A DNA stretch of 44,662 nucleotides from IMG/VR virus record IMGVR_UViG_3300046698_000093, positions 1 through 44,662 of that record. One strand, given 5' to 3'. The notes under the pieces were generated by a model that saw nothing but the letters and a program-made list of their open reading frames with translations, had not been told where the DNA came from and did not search any database. Origin of the DNA: a virus. Lineage: Duplodnaviria; Caudoviricetes. Both the position numbers and the translations under genes were made by a program. Below are positions 1 to 8,886 of the stretch, in pieces (the stretch's first letter is position 1; each line of letters opens with the position of its first letter).

Positions 1-221
1 ATGGGAAAATGCCACCCCTACGAGCGGATCGACTACGCTTGCTTCCCTTACAGATGTTCTCCTATCGTCACCCACAAACGGGCAGGTGCTTACATACAAC
101 ACCGTGGCGATGAAATGGGAAAATGCCACCCCTACGAGCGGATCGACTACGCTTGCTTCCCTTACAGATGTTCTCCTATCGTCACCCACAAACGGGCAGG
201 TGCTTACATACAATACCGGGG
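1..221 (+). repeat. Tandem 114-nt (38-aa) coding repeat in the tail fibre gene
   Basis: 1-99 is identical to 115-213; a diverged copy lies at about 44475-44555. Confidence 0.95.
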
Positions 222-1039
222 TGGGTAAGTGGGAGAATGCCACCCCAGCCAGCGGGGGAGGCACCGTCACCGCGGTCACGGGCACTTCGCCGGTGATTTC
301 CAGCGGTAGCAGCACAACGCCCGCTATCAGTCTTGCCGGGCTGACAGGTCTGGGGACGGCTAGCTACTTAGTCGCTATGAATGCGGGCGGAACGGGCTGG
401 ACGTATGTGAATCCTACCAGTGTCGGGAATGTGGGCACGGTGACATCCGTGACCGGCACGGCCCCGATAAATGTAGCTACCGGCACAAGCACCCCGGTCG
501 TCAGCATCGGCGGGCTGACAGGTCTAGGGACGGCCAATTATGTCGTAGCCATGAATGCCGGGGGGACAGGATGGACGTATGTTAATCCATCCTCTTTTGG
601 AGGGGGTGGAAGCATCGCCAGCTACGGCCAGATGTATGTGAATAACGGTTCCACGACGATGACAATATCGGTAACGGGAACCTACGTCCGCGTGTCGGGG
701 GGCATGACCGCGGGCACCTTGTCGGGTGTCACCTTTCAGAATGCACGAGAACTCGTGGTTCCCAACACCGGCAAGTATTTCATCCAATGGAATATGTCCC
801 TATCCTGTGCGACCGCGGGTGCGCAACCCGCGGGCACCATCATGCTGAACGGCACGGCTAATACAACTTGCACCGCTCAGTCCTCTACGGCTTTTTCGAA
901 CACCGGATCACAGGTGTCTGGTTCGATTATTTTGTCGTTATCGGCTTCCGACGTGATCGCCCTGGCCGTGACCAACGATGGCGGTACCCAAAGCATAAAG
1001 GTACTAAATGCTAGCCTTTCGATCTTGCAGATTGGCTAG
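2..1039 (+). CDS. Tail fibre / receptor-binding protein, 3' part (5' part at 44242-44662)
   Basis: LTDVLLSSPTNGQVLTYN..KWEN fibre repeats, duplicated GTVTxVTGTxP...GLTGLGTAxYxVAMNAGGTGWTYVNP units, and a C-terminal beta-rich BclA-C/C1q-like head (YGQMY...LVVPNTGKYFIQWNMSL...LSLSASDVIAL). In frame with the ORF at the window end. Confidence 0.8.
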   Translation, partial: WENATPTSGSTTLASLTDVLLSSPTNGQVLTYNTVAMKWENATPTSGSTTLASLTDVLLSSPTNGQVLTYNTGVGKWENATPASGGGTVTAVTGTSPVISSGSSTTPAISLAGLTGLGTASYLVAMNAGGTGWTYVNPTSVGNVGTVTSVTGTAPINVATGTSTPVVSIGGLTGLGTANYVVAMNAGGTGWTYVNPSSFGGGGSIASYGQMYVNNGSTTMTISVTGTYVRVSGGMTAGTLSGVTFQNARELVVPNTGKYFIQWNMSLSCATAGAQPAGTIMLNGTANTTCTAQSSTAFSNTGSQVSGSIILSLSASDVIALAVTNDGGTQSIKVLNASLSILQIG

Positions 1040-1067
1040 AATCAGGTTACAATAGATTGACTGGAGA

Positions 1068-1664
1068 ATGGCTATGTCATCACTGCCAACTATGAGTCCT
1101 CAGAATAATCAGTATCTATCGCAACAGATGAATTCTCAGGCTCCCAGCGCCCCGAACTTGAGCGGGCTGTTCCCCGGCAATTCGGGGCTACAGGGCGTCC
1201 TCCAACAGCTACAGAATTCCCAGAATCAGGCGAATCAGGCGAATCAGACCCGCTACCAGGACATCCTCGGGATGTACTCGAATCTCGGCCAATCTGGTGC
1301 GCAGCAAATTCAGCAACAGACCCAGCAGATGCAGGGTCAGAATACTCAGAGCATGACTTCTCGCGGGTTGGGAAATACGACCGTGAGTGGGGCGATGAAT
1401 AATCAGATCGCTTCACTCGGCCAGCAAAACCTGCTCAACCTCCAGGATACCCTTACAGGCCAAGAGGCTGGGGCCATGATGCAGATGAACCAGAATGGCC
1501 CCAATCTCGGTCAATACGCCGGGCTTCTCCAGCAGGCCGGGATGGGTCAGCCTGGATCAAACGCTGCACAAATGCAGCAGAGCCAGATGCAATCCGCTTT
1601 CAATAATGCCGGTATGGGCGGGGGCGGCTGGGTTAGTTCCGATTCCAACTTCGACCAGAGCTAG
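1068..1664 (+). CDS. Gln/Asn/Gly-rich putative DNA ejection (internal virion) protein
   Basis: GGAG RBS; low-complexity helical Q-rich sequence with an SRGLGNTTV motif; follows the tail genes as in podoviruses. Confidence 0.6.
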   Translation: MAMSSLPTMSPQNNQYLSQQMNSQAPSAPNLSGLFPGNSGLQGVLQQLQNSQNQANQANQTRYQDILGMYSNLGQSGAQQIQQQTQQMQGQNTQSMTSRGLGNTTVSGAMNNQIASLGQQNLLNLQDTLTGQEAGAMMQMNQNGPNLGQYAGLLQQAGMGQPGSNAAQMQQSQMQSAFNNAGMGGGGWVSSDSNFDQS

Positions 1665-1673
1665 AGGATACCT

Positions 1674-2780
1674 ATGTCACTCGAAGTCAATTATGGCCCG
1701 GTGGGTCTGTTTGGTGCGATTGCAGCCCAGGCGGGTCAGAATGAAGGCAAGTGGCGTCAGGCTGGGCTTGATATGCAAGCCGCCCGGATGTCGATGGAGA
1801 ACCAACAGCAAGCCAACCAAATTGCCGCCCAGGATCGCGCCCATCAACTTCAAGCGTCGATGGAGGGCCAACGTATCGCCCTAGCGAAGCAACAAGCTGC
1901 CGATCAGAAGATGACTCCCGCAGCCGCGCATGTATCTAGCTATCTGGATCAGCAGAATCAAATAAGACAGCAGGACAAAGCCGCCAGTAAGTCCCAGCTT
2001 GATGATCTCTTATCCAAGGGAATCATAACACCCGAGGGCTATGGTCGCGCGATGACCGGCGTTCTTACGGGGTCCAAGAGCCTAATTGACAAAGCGGTTT
2101 TAGGGCCGGAGCAAGAAGCCGCTAACCAACAAGCGCAACAGACCGCCAGCAAGGCCCAACTTGACGATCTTCTTTCTCACGGGATCATATCGCCGGAAGA
2201 TCACGCCAAAGCCATGACGGGTCTTATCACCGGATCGAAGGGCCTAGTTGAGCGATCAGTAATGGGGAAAGAACAAGCTAACCCCTTGCAGCAAGCTGCC
2301 TTCACGGGGCAGCTTCGCACGATCCGCGAAAGCCGTCAGCAGGCATACCAGCAACTTCATGAATTCGCGACAAACCCGATAACTGGCGCGAAGACGCCCG
2401 TGGTTGATCCGGCTTCTCAGCATGGTAAAGACCTCCAGGCACAAATCGACAAGAGCTACGCCGACGAGCAGGGCCTCTACAAGCAGGCCGCGCCGAAGAC
2501 GCCCAACCCATTAAGTAGTACAGGCGGTGCGGGTGGAATGACCCCGCAGCAAATCAACAGCGCGATGGCAAAGGTGAACCTTGCGGCTTTCCAACTGCCC
2601 CCGAAGAATGTCCCCATGACCCCAGGGGTGGGATCAGCAGCCGCGCCGCAGCCCCCCAAACCCGTCACCTACCCCGACGCGACTTGGAACGACCAGCATA
2701 ATGCGTGGACGGTTGTACGGAATGGCCGTTTGATGAAGGCCGAAGACCCACAAGGGGGCACCCCCGATGCCACTCAGTGA
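1674..2780 (+). CDS. Putative ejection (internal virion) protein with two SHOCT-like repeats
   Basis: GAGG RBS; Ala/Gln-rich; ASKxQLDDLLSxGIIxPE...AMTGxxTGSKxL occurs twice. Confidence 0.6.
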   Translation: MSLEVNYGPVGLFGAIAAQAGQNEGKWRQAGLDMQAARMSMENQQQANQIAAQDRAHQLQASMEGQRIALAKQQAADQKMTPAAAHVSSYLDQQNQIRQQDKAASKSQLDDLLSKGIITPEGYGRAMTGVLTGSKSLIDKAVLGPEQEAANQQAQQTASKAQLDDLLSHGIISPEDHAKAMTGLITGSKGLVERSVMGKEQANPLQQAAFTGQLRTIRESRQQAYQQLHEFATNPITGAKTPVVDPASQHGKDLQAQIDKSYADEQGLYKQAAPKTPNPLSSTGGAGGMTPQQINSAMAKVNLAAFQLPPKNVPMTPGVGSAAAPQPPKPVTYPDATWNDQHNAWTVVRNGRLMKAEDPQGGTPDATQ

Positions 2781-5700
2781 TCTCGGCCCCGCTCAATCTG
2801 ATCCTTCGGGTCTGACCGATCTTGGCCCAACGGCACCCAATCCGGCGGGCCTTACTGATCTGGGTCCGGTCGTGCCTCCACCCGCGATGTCTCGGGAACT
2901 TGGTCCTGTCACCCCGGACAACTACGGCCGGGTCGCCGCTGCAAGGATCGCCCAAGCGCGCCAAGAACGCGCCAATCGTGCCCCTGGTCAAGACCTTAAT
3001 CAGAACGAGCAAGCTGCAATCATGGACACCTATCGTCGGTTGGCGATGGGGAACCTTCTAGGCCAACGCGAGACAGAACTTGGCCGACAGATGAACCCTG
3101 GTGAACAAGCAGCGTTCGCCCAGGCTCACCCGGAACTCCAGCCGATGTCGATGGTGGATACCTTCGCCAAGACCCAACACGAAATCGCCATGCACCAGAG
3201 CGATACGCTCAACCTTGCAAGAGCAACCTCGGCCAAATTTGAAACCAGTCTTGCGAACGTAATCGCCGTGGGTATGGACCAGATTTCAGACGGTTGGGGT
3301 ACGCAAGCTCGTCAGAACATTGCCGACAAGAACCCTTACGATCCAACACGACAGACTGCCGCGGTCGGCGGCATGGCGCTGCCCTTACTCCAGAGTCTTA
3401 CCTTCAAAAGTCCGCAGGCGGTAGCCGCCTTGATGGGTGTGCAAAGTGGTGCGGATTCTTTGGCCCATTCGGAGGACACCGGAGAAACCGGCGTTGACAA
3501 GTGGGGGAAGGCCGCTGGCCGTGCCGCATTGACTTACGGCACGGTCTACGCGGGGTCCAAACTTGGTAGCTGGGCAACTTCTGCCTTAGCTTCCCGAATC
3601 CCTGAATTGAGACAATTATTCGCATCCGGCAATATGGCTTCTGCCGGAGCGATTATACGGAGGGAAGCGATCAGTGCCGGAATCAATCTTCCGCCTCAAG
3701 TTGGCGCAATGATGGCCGGGACTATCGGGGATAACTTGATATCTGGCCGCGATTGGAAAACGGGTCTTGAAGACACCGCCCTCCAAGCGACAGCCTTTAC
3801 CCTTGGGACACACGTTGCTAAAGCAAGTGCGGATGTAGCCGGTGTGCGAACGGTACGCAATAATGTCCTCGGCGGTAGTCTGTCGCGCGATGGCGCAACA
3901 CAGATAGATGAATCTATCCCTCGCACTTTCACGACTCCCCAGAATGTGACGGTAGATGTCCACCAAGCTATCAATATCCACGAGCAAGCCGAAAAGGAAA
4001 GCCTGGATAGTGGCAAGACGCTTGAAGAATCCCACATGGATGCCCTCCGTGCGGAGCATGGCTACCTCAAGAATCTGGGGGTTGATCCCGCCGACTACGA
4101 ACAATTCCTGGCCCCGTACATTACTAAGCTGGGGCGCGGCATCACAATGGGGGACGAAGCCCCATTCGACCAGAGACAGAAGGCGGAAGTCACCCGTGAG
4201 ACGCCGGAAGCCGTCCCCGGCGAACCGACTAAGCCGCCGTCTGATGCTCCTCCCGGCACGGAGGACGTGGTTCAAGCCGCGATAGACGGGCAGCCGGGCC
4301 GCATCCAGCAGGGCTTGAATACTTTGGCCGATACCTGGAACGGTTTCAATATGAAACCCTATCCGGCAACCCACCGCGTGAGCCGGGAACTTGGCGAAGC
4401 CGCAGTGCGGCTGGCCAGCGCAGATACCGCCGTTCACTGGGAAGCCGCGGACATGGTGAATAAGATCGTGCCGCCTCCCGAAGATCGCGGGTTGTTTTCT
4501 CCGGCGACTGATCCCGAAGCATCCATACGAATCCGCCATGCGTTAGAAGAAGACAACCGCCGCCAGATCGCCGCGGAAAAGGCCGCGAATGGCGATATGG
4601 CGGGATCGGCTACGGTGATCGGGCGCCCCAAGAGTCCGTTCCAGACGGAAGCGGAATACCAGGCGTATCGCCAATCGCCGGAATTCAAGCAGGCCGAAGC
4701 CCGGATGCGGGAAGTTTATTCCCCGCGTATCGATGAACTTTACCGTCAGGCGCAGGGCTTGAGTGACGGAACCGATCTTCCGACACGCGGTATCCAATCG
4801 AATATCCGGGTGAATCTCCAGGCCCGTTTCGGCAAGGATATTAACAAGCCGGGCGTCGTCCAAACCCGTGAACTTACCCCGGATGAAATCTCCAAGTTCT
4901 CCTCCTACGGCAACGCGGTCGGTGGCGGTGGAACGCGACCCGGTTTCAAGAAAAGCCCCCTCGCCCGTCAAGCAACGGGTTTCGCTACCTTTGCTGGCGG
5001 CGATATGCACGACCTGATTGAGAACAGCCTCGGCAAAACGGCCCGGATTTCAGCGGGCAATACCTATCTCGATCAGGGTATCAAAGACGGGGTGATGGTG
5101 GATGTCACCGACGGTCGGCCTCCGACCACTATTGGCGGACAACCTGTCAAGTATTATCCCGGCATTACGAGGGTGATTAGCCGCGTGACGCCAGAAGGCA
5201 CAAAAACTTTTACCCGTACCACGGGCGTAGCGGTACGGGACGACCTTGACTCAGACTTCCGACGTGCATGGGGTCTGGACAAGCCCCACATGCCCGCGTT
5301 GGTTAAGCAGGCCGGGGACACAGCGACAGCCCTGAACCTCGCGGGCATCACAGATGGCGTGGCCCACGTTGGAAACCAGGCAACTACCGCCAGCGGGTTG
5401 CCGGTGTTTCCCGGTCGGGAATTGCCGTGGGTTGCCAAGGCAATCTACAATAGCGTGTTCAATCGCCCGGAATTTCATGCTGCCCTCACCGAAATGGCGC
5501 AGCGGGGATCACTGCATCAACAGATGGAAATCGGGTCAAAGGGGGACATCGCCAAACCTTGGACCTGGATGGGTGCGACGATCCGATACACCGACCAGAT
5601 CGCCCGGTTGGTCCACAGGGAATGTGCCCAACATCTTATAGACAAAGGACTGGTGCCTGACACCGACTCAGCACGGCGGGACTTTGAGAATAAACTAGGC

Positions 5701-6825
5701 CAGTACAACAAGAAGATGCAACCTTGGATCATTGCCACGGCTCGTGAAAGTGGTATGGCCCCGTTCGCCACGGCAACGCATCGCTTTAACCTGAGTACGC
5801 TTAAAAGCTCGGCATTAGGCGGGTTCAACCCCGAAATTCAAGCCACCAGTGTTGGTGCGGCGCTAAAGATGCGGGCGATGGTCGCCCTTCGGCAGACTGT
5901 CTTAATGGGGCTAACTGTCGCCGCCCCCAATCTTTTGCGGTGGGGTCGGGCTGACGGGGCCGATGACGTGCCTTTGGGTGCCGTCCGTTTGGATGACGGA
6001 CCAAATGGCGAACACCGCTACTTCAATGTCAGCAACCTAACCGGCCTTGGCCGTGCCATGCGGATTACCGGAATGCGGGCGATCTTTGAAGGTAAACGCA
6101 TGGGACAGACTGGCCCAGAAATCGCCAAGCAAGCGACCCAGGATATCGCAGGAGCCGCAATATCCCCCTTCGCTGGGCCGTGGCCAAATGCGCTTTCGAT
6201 CCTGGCGTCGGGCAAGACCCTATCTGGCTACACCGCCGCCCATCCTGTCGGATCGGATCAATACCAAATTGCCGAAGACCTCAAAGCTATGGTTATTCAC
6301 GCGAATCCGACTGTTTCCCAAATCTATCAAGCGGCGACCACAGGGAAGTCGGTGCTTGGCTCCCTCGGTGGGAAGTTTGCGCCGCAAGAAAAAGCCGTGC
6401 CCCAGACATCGGCGATGAAGTTGGCTTCCTTCTTGGCGGCAAAGCAAGTGCCCGAAGTTGCCCAGACGGAAGCGGCCAAAGCCCAGACCAAAGCAGAACA
6501 CGGCTACCGCGAAGCCTGGGCCAAGGGCGATCAAGCTCCTATGTTACAGGCGGTAGAACGGCATGAAATAAATGACGAACGTGCCCTAACCCTAGCGCGA
6601 GAAGCCAGGATGTCGCCACTGGCCCGGACGGTTCACGGGTTGAATTTTGATAGCGCCTTCCGCGTCTACGATAAAGCGATGACCGATAAAGAAGTGACCC
6701 CCCAACAACGTGCCGAATTGCAAGACATGATGAGACAACGTTTAATCAACGAAATTAATGCCAAGTCACCCAAGGCGCAAAGTCTGGAAGATGAATTTAA
6801 GAAACGAGGTATTCCCCTAGAATGA
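2767..6825 (+). CDS. Large internal virion / DNA ejection protein (1352 aa)
   Basis: Largest ORF, Ala/Gly-rich and helical, last of three consecutive post-tail genes; assigned by podovirus synteny. Confidence 0.65.
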   Translation: MPLSDLGPAQSDPSGLTDLGPTAPNPAGLTDLGPVVPPPAMSRELGPVTPDNYGRVAAARIAQARQERANRAPGQDLNQNEQAAIMDTYRRLAMGNLLGQRETELGRQMNPGEQAAFAQAHPELQPMSMVDTFAKTQHEIAMHQSDTLNLARATSAKFETSLANVIAVGMDQISDGWGTQARQNIADKNPYDPTRQTAAVGGMALPLLQSLTFKSPQAVAALMGVQSGADSLAHSEDTGETGVDKWGKAAGRAALTYGTVYAGSKLGSWATSALASRIPELRQLFASGNMASAGAIIRREAISAGINLPPQVGAMMAGTIGDNLISGRDWKTGLEDTALQATAFTLGTHVAKASADVAGVRTVRNNVLGGSLSRDGATQIDESIPRTFTTPQNVTVDVHQAINIHEQAEKESLDSGKTLEESHMDALRAEHGYLKNLGVDPADYEQFLAPYITKLGRGITMGDEAPFDQRQKAEVTRETPEAVPGEPTKPPSDAPPGTEDVVQAAIDGQPGRIQQGLNTLADTWNGFNMKPYPATHRVSRELGEAAVRLASADTAVHWEAADMVNKIVPPPEDRGLFSPATDPEASIRIRHALEEDNRRQIAAEKAANGDMAGSATVIGRPKSPFQTEAEYQAYRQSPEFKQAEARMREVYSPRIDELYRQAQGLSDGTDLPTRGIQSNIRVNLQARFGKDINKPGVVQTRELTPDEISKFSSYGNAVGGGGTRPGFKKSPLARQATGFATFAGGDMHDLIENSLGKTARISAGNTYLDQGIKDGVMVDVTDGRPPTTIGGQPVKYYPGITRVISRVTPEGTKTFTRTTGVAVRDDLDSDFRRAWGLDKPHMPALVKQAGDTATALNLAGITDGVAHVGNQATTASGLPVFPGRELPWVAKAIYNSVFNRPEFHAALTEMAQRGSLHQQMEIGSKGDIAKPWTWMGATIRYTDQIARLVHRECAQHLIDKGLVPDTDSARRDFENKLGQYNKKMQPWIIATARESGMAPFATATHRFNLSTLKSSALGGFNPEIQATSVGAALKMRAMVALRQTVLMGLTVAAPNLLRWGRADGADDVPLGAVRLDDGPNGEHRYFNVSNLTGLGRAMRITGMRAIFEGKRMGQTGPEIAKQATQDIAGAAISPFAGPWPNALSILASGKTLSGYTAAHPVGSDQYQIAEDLKAMVIHANPTVSQIYQAATTGKSVLGSLGGKFAPQEKAVPQTSAMKLASFLAAKQVPEVAQTEAAKAQTKAEHGYREAWAKGDQAPMLQAVERHEINDERALTLAREARMSPLARTVHGLNFDSAFRVYDKAMTDKEVTPQQRAELQDMMRQRLINEINAKSPKAQSLEDEFKKRGIPLE

Positions 6826-7109
6826 CTCCCGCCGAACACCAAGAAATAATGGACATCGCAGAAGTGCAAGTCAACAGGTACTTCGATCACTACCTATCGG
6901 AAGTCTTTCCGGCGCAGTTGGATCGTATGTTCGCTTCCCACAATGAAAGCACCGAAGCTCATCCCAAGGCGTTCAAGGCGGTAGCCGAAGTGACGAAGAA
7001 AGTGAACCGCTTGTTCTGGATGGGTGCCGGAATTGCTTTTCTTGTTACTGCGGCGGGGGCGGTTGGATCGGTAGTGTACTACTGGTATCAGGCGATTCCT
7101 CGTCCATAG
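6822..7109 (+). CDS. Small protein with a C-terminal transmembrane helix (holin-like)
   Basis: ATGA overlap with the upstream gene; hydrophobic LFWMGAGIAFLVTAAGAVGSVVYYWY; last gene of the late arm. Confidence 0.45.
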   Translation: MTPAEHQEIMDIAEVQVNRYFDHYLSEVFPAQLDRMFASHNESTEAHPKAFKAVAEVTKKVNRLFWMGAGIAFLVTAAGAVGSVVYYWYQAIPRP

Positions 7110-7398
7110 GAAGCGTGATCCCAAAGGTCGCCTGCTGGCGCGTGAAGCCATAGCACGAGACGGCTTCCGCCGCCCGGCCAAGGCGGGCAAGTTCGATGTA
7201 CCCTGACACGATCCTCCAGGCATCGGCGACGACGTGCCCCGGAATGTACTTAGTCTCGCCCCGCATCGTCCACCGGATCGGCGCGCCGTCTTGTGCGGCC
7301 TGGCCGAGAAGTTCCCACGGTATGTTGAAGCGCTTGTCGGGGCCAACGGACAAGAAGGGTTCATCATGTTCGATCTGGACACAGGCGGTGGGGTTCAT
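7045..7398 (-). CDS. Hypothetical protein
   Basis: ATGA-coupled to the upstream minus-strand gene; converges on and overlaps 6822-7109. Confidence 0.6.
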   Translation of the reverse strand: MNPTACVQIEHDEPFLSVGPDKRFNIPWELLGQAAQDGAPIRWTMRGETKYIPGHVVADAWRIVSGYIELARLGRAAEAVSCYGFTRQQATFGITLPMDEESPDTSSTLPIQPPPPQ

Positions 7399-7775
7399 AG
7401 CAGCACACTTCTCCGGGCTTCCCGGCGTTCAATGGCGAGGTCGCGCAAGACATCATACGATGCCGGATGATCGCCCGCGTAGACGGAATAGCGTTCCCGA
7501 CTGATCCGGGTACCGACCCAGGTGTGCCAGGGGATTTCGTCGATGATCCCCACACAATAGTCATGGAGATTGTCATACGGCACCACGGCGACAAGGTACT
7601 CGGTGCCATGCTTGGCCGTGATCTTGATAATCCAGCAGGGGTCGCCTTGGAAGCAGACTTCCGAGAAGCCGCCCAGCACTTCGACCCGGCCCGTAAGACA
7701 AGCCCGCCTTACAGCAGGCAGGTCTGTCTTACGAGCTACCAGGTCGATCAGACCTGTTCGATCTAGAAGGTTCAC
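7395..7775 (-). CDS. Hypothetical protein
   Basis: GTG start overlapping the stop of 7772-8773; globular-looking sequence. Confidence 0.65.
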   Translation of the reverse strand: MNLLDRTGLIDLVARKTDLPAVRRACLTGRVEVLGGFSEVCFQGDPCWIIKITAKHGTEYLVAVVPYDNLHDYCVGIIDEIPWHTWVGTRISRERYSVYAGDHPASYDVLRDLAIERREARRSVLL

Positions 7776-8773
7776 TTAAGGGTGCTCACTACATCAGCGA
7801 CAGGTGCGGGGGTAGCAACAGGCGGATGGGCTACAACCGCCGAATCCTGGACAGTCACTTGGGCAGGGGTCGCTGCCGGGGAGGATGCGGGTGACGTAGG
7901 GGAAACGGGGGTAGACGGCGTGATCGACGCCGGTGCTGGGGTCGATGCCGACGCCGTAGGGCTTGTCGTCTTTATATGGACTGTCTTGAGCCATGCGATT
8001 AGCTTCCCAATTTCGCCAGTGATGTAGGTCCATGCTCCGTGAAGCGCCCCGGCGATGGAGGCGAACAGGGGAGCCAGAGCGGGCACGAGGATCGGCAGGA
8101 TGAAGAATGCTGCGACCGCGATCCCGATGACCACGATCCACCAGACCCAACCCTTGAGCGTGTCAGAAAACCAGACGCACAGACGTTGCCACCAGGATTC
8201 ACCGGCTTGTTCCGTCTTGCTACCGCCACCCGCAGCCGCATGGATGCCAGTCTCGTCCACCGTGACAGCGGGGAGCGGGTTGTGGGTACGGGCAATCTTC
8301 TGGGTGGCGACCTTTTCAACCACGGTGCCGGGAGCTTCGCCTGCCCACGTCACCATACGACTCGCGCCGAGCTTGTCACCCTTCTGGGATTCCGGGGTGA
8401 TCGTGTAGGAAAAGCTTTTGCCCGGCGTCGGCTGAATCACGGTAACAGCCACGACCGGAGAAGGTTTAGGGGCCGATACCCCGCTCACGGAGGGTGCCGG
8501 TGCCGGTGCCGCGACTAGAGGGAGAGTCGCGGTAGGAACCGGAGCAAGGGGTATCGGCTGTACAGTTACGGTGCCGTCCTCGTGCGTGGACACGACGGCC
8601 CCTGGAGTCGCAGGGATATCGGCGGTCGCCCTGAGACCTTGGCCCACGTAGTCGCCTTCCTGGAAGGCGGCGGATTGGCATCCCGTAAGGAACAGGGCCA
8701 TAAGGATCAGGCCGATCAAGATTGCAAACCAACGGGAGTTCACATTACAGCCGAAATCATTTCCGAGTTCCAT
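7772..8773 (-). CDS. Lipoprotein with internal transmembrane segment(s) and Pro/Ala/Thr-rich linkers
   Basis: Signal peptide RWFAILIGLILMALF-LTGC (lipobox); hydrophobic WVWWIVVIGIAVAAFFILPILVPAL; GGAG RBS. Confidence 0.75.
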   Translation of the reverse strand: MELGNDFGCNVNSRWFAILIGLILMALFLTGCQSAAFQEGDYVGQGLRATADIPATPGAVVSTHEDGTVTVQPIPLAPVPTATLPLVAAPAPAPSVSGVSAPKPSPVVAVTVIQPTPGKSFSYTITPESQKGDKLGASRMVTWAGEAPGTVVEKVATQKIARTHNPLPAVTVDETGIHAAAGGGSKTEQAGESWWQRLCVWFSDTLKGWVWWIVVIGIAVAAFFILPILVPALAPLFASIAGALHGAWTYITGEIGKLIAWLKTVHIKTTSPTASASTPAPASITPSTPVSPTSPASSPAATPAQVTVQDSAVVAHPPVATPAPVADVVSTLK

Positions 8774-8882
8774 AGAGATTCTCCAGTGGCATCAGTGTAC
8801 CACAACACGAACAATCTGTCAAGTCTAAACACGTCCAGCATCCGTTAGGCTGCACGCGATAGTGGTATCCATTTATGAACAT
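8757..8882 (-). pseudogene. Probable 5' relic of an HNH endonuclease gene
   Basis: MFINGYHYRVQPNGCWT resembles the N-terminus of the HNH at 23203 (FRNGHHYMIAANGCWN); the similarity stops after about 16 aa. Confidence 0.45.
8794..8822 (-). promoter_or_regulatory. Sigma70-type promoter for the lipoprotein operon
   Basis: TTGACA-17 nt-TACACT with an extended -10 TG. Confidence 0.75.
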
Positions 8883-8886
8883 ACGT

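Noticed and set aside
1-228. 75-aa ORF MGKCHPYERIDY...
   Set aside because: Out-of-frame shadow of the tail-fibre repeat.
256-600. DGR template/variable repeat in the tail fibre
   Set aside because: The differences are not adenine-specific, both copies are in-frame coding, and no reverse transcriptase is present.
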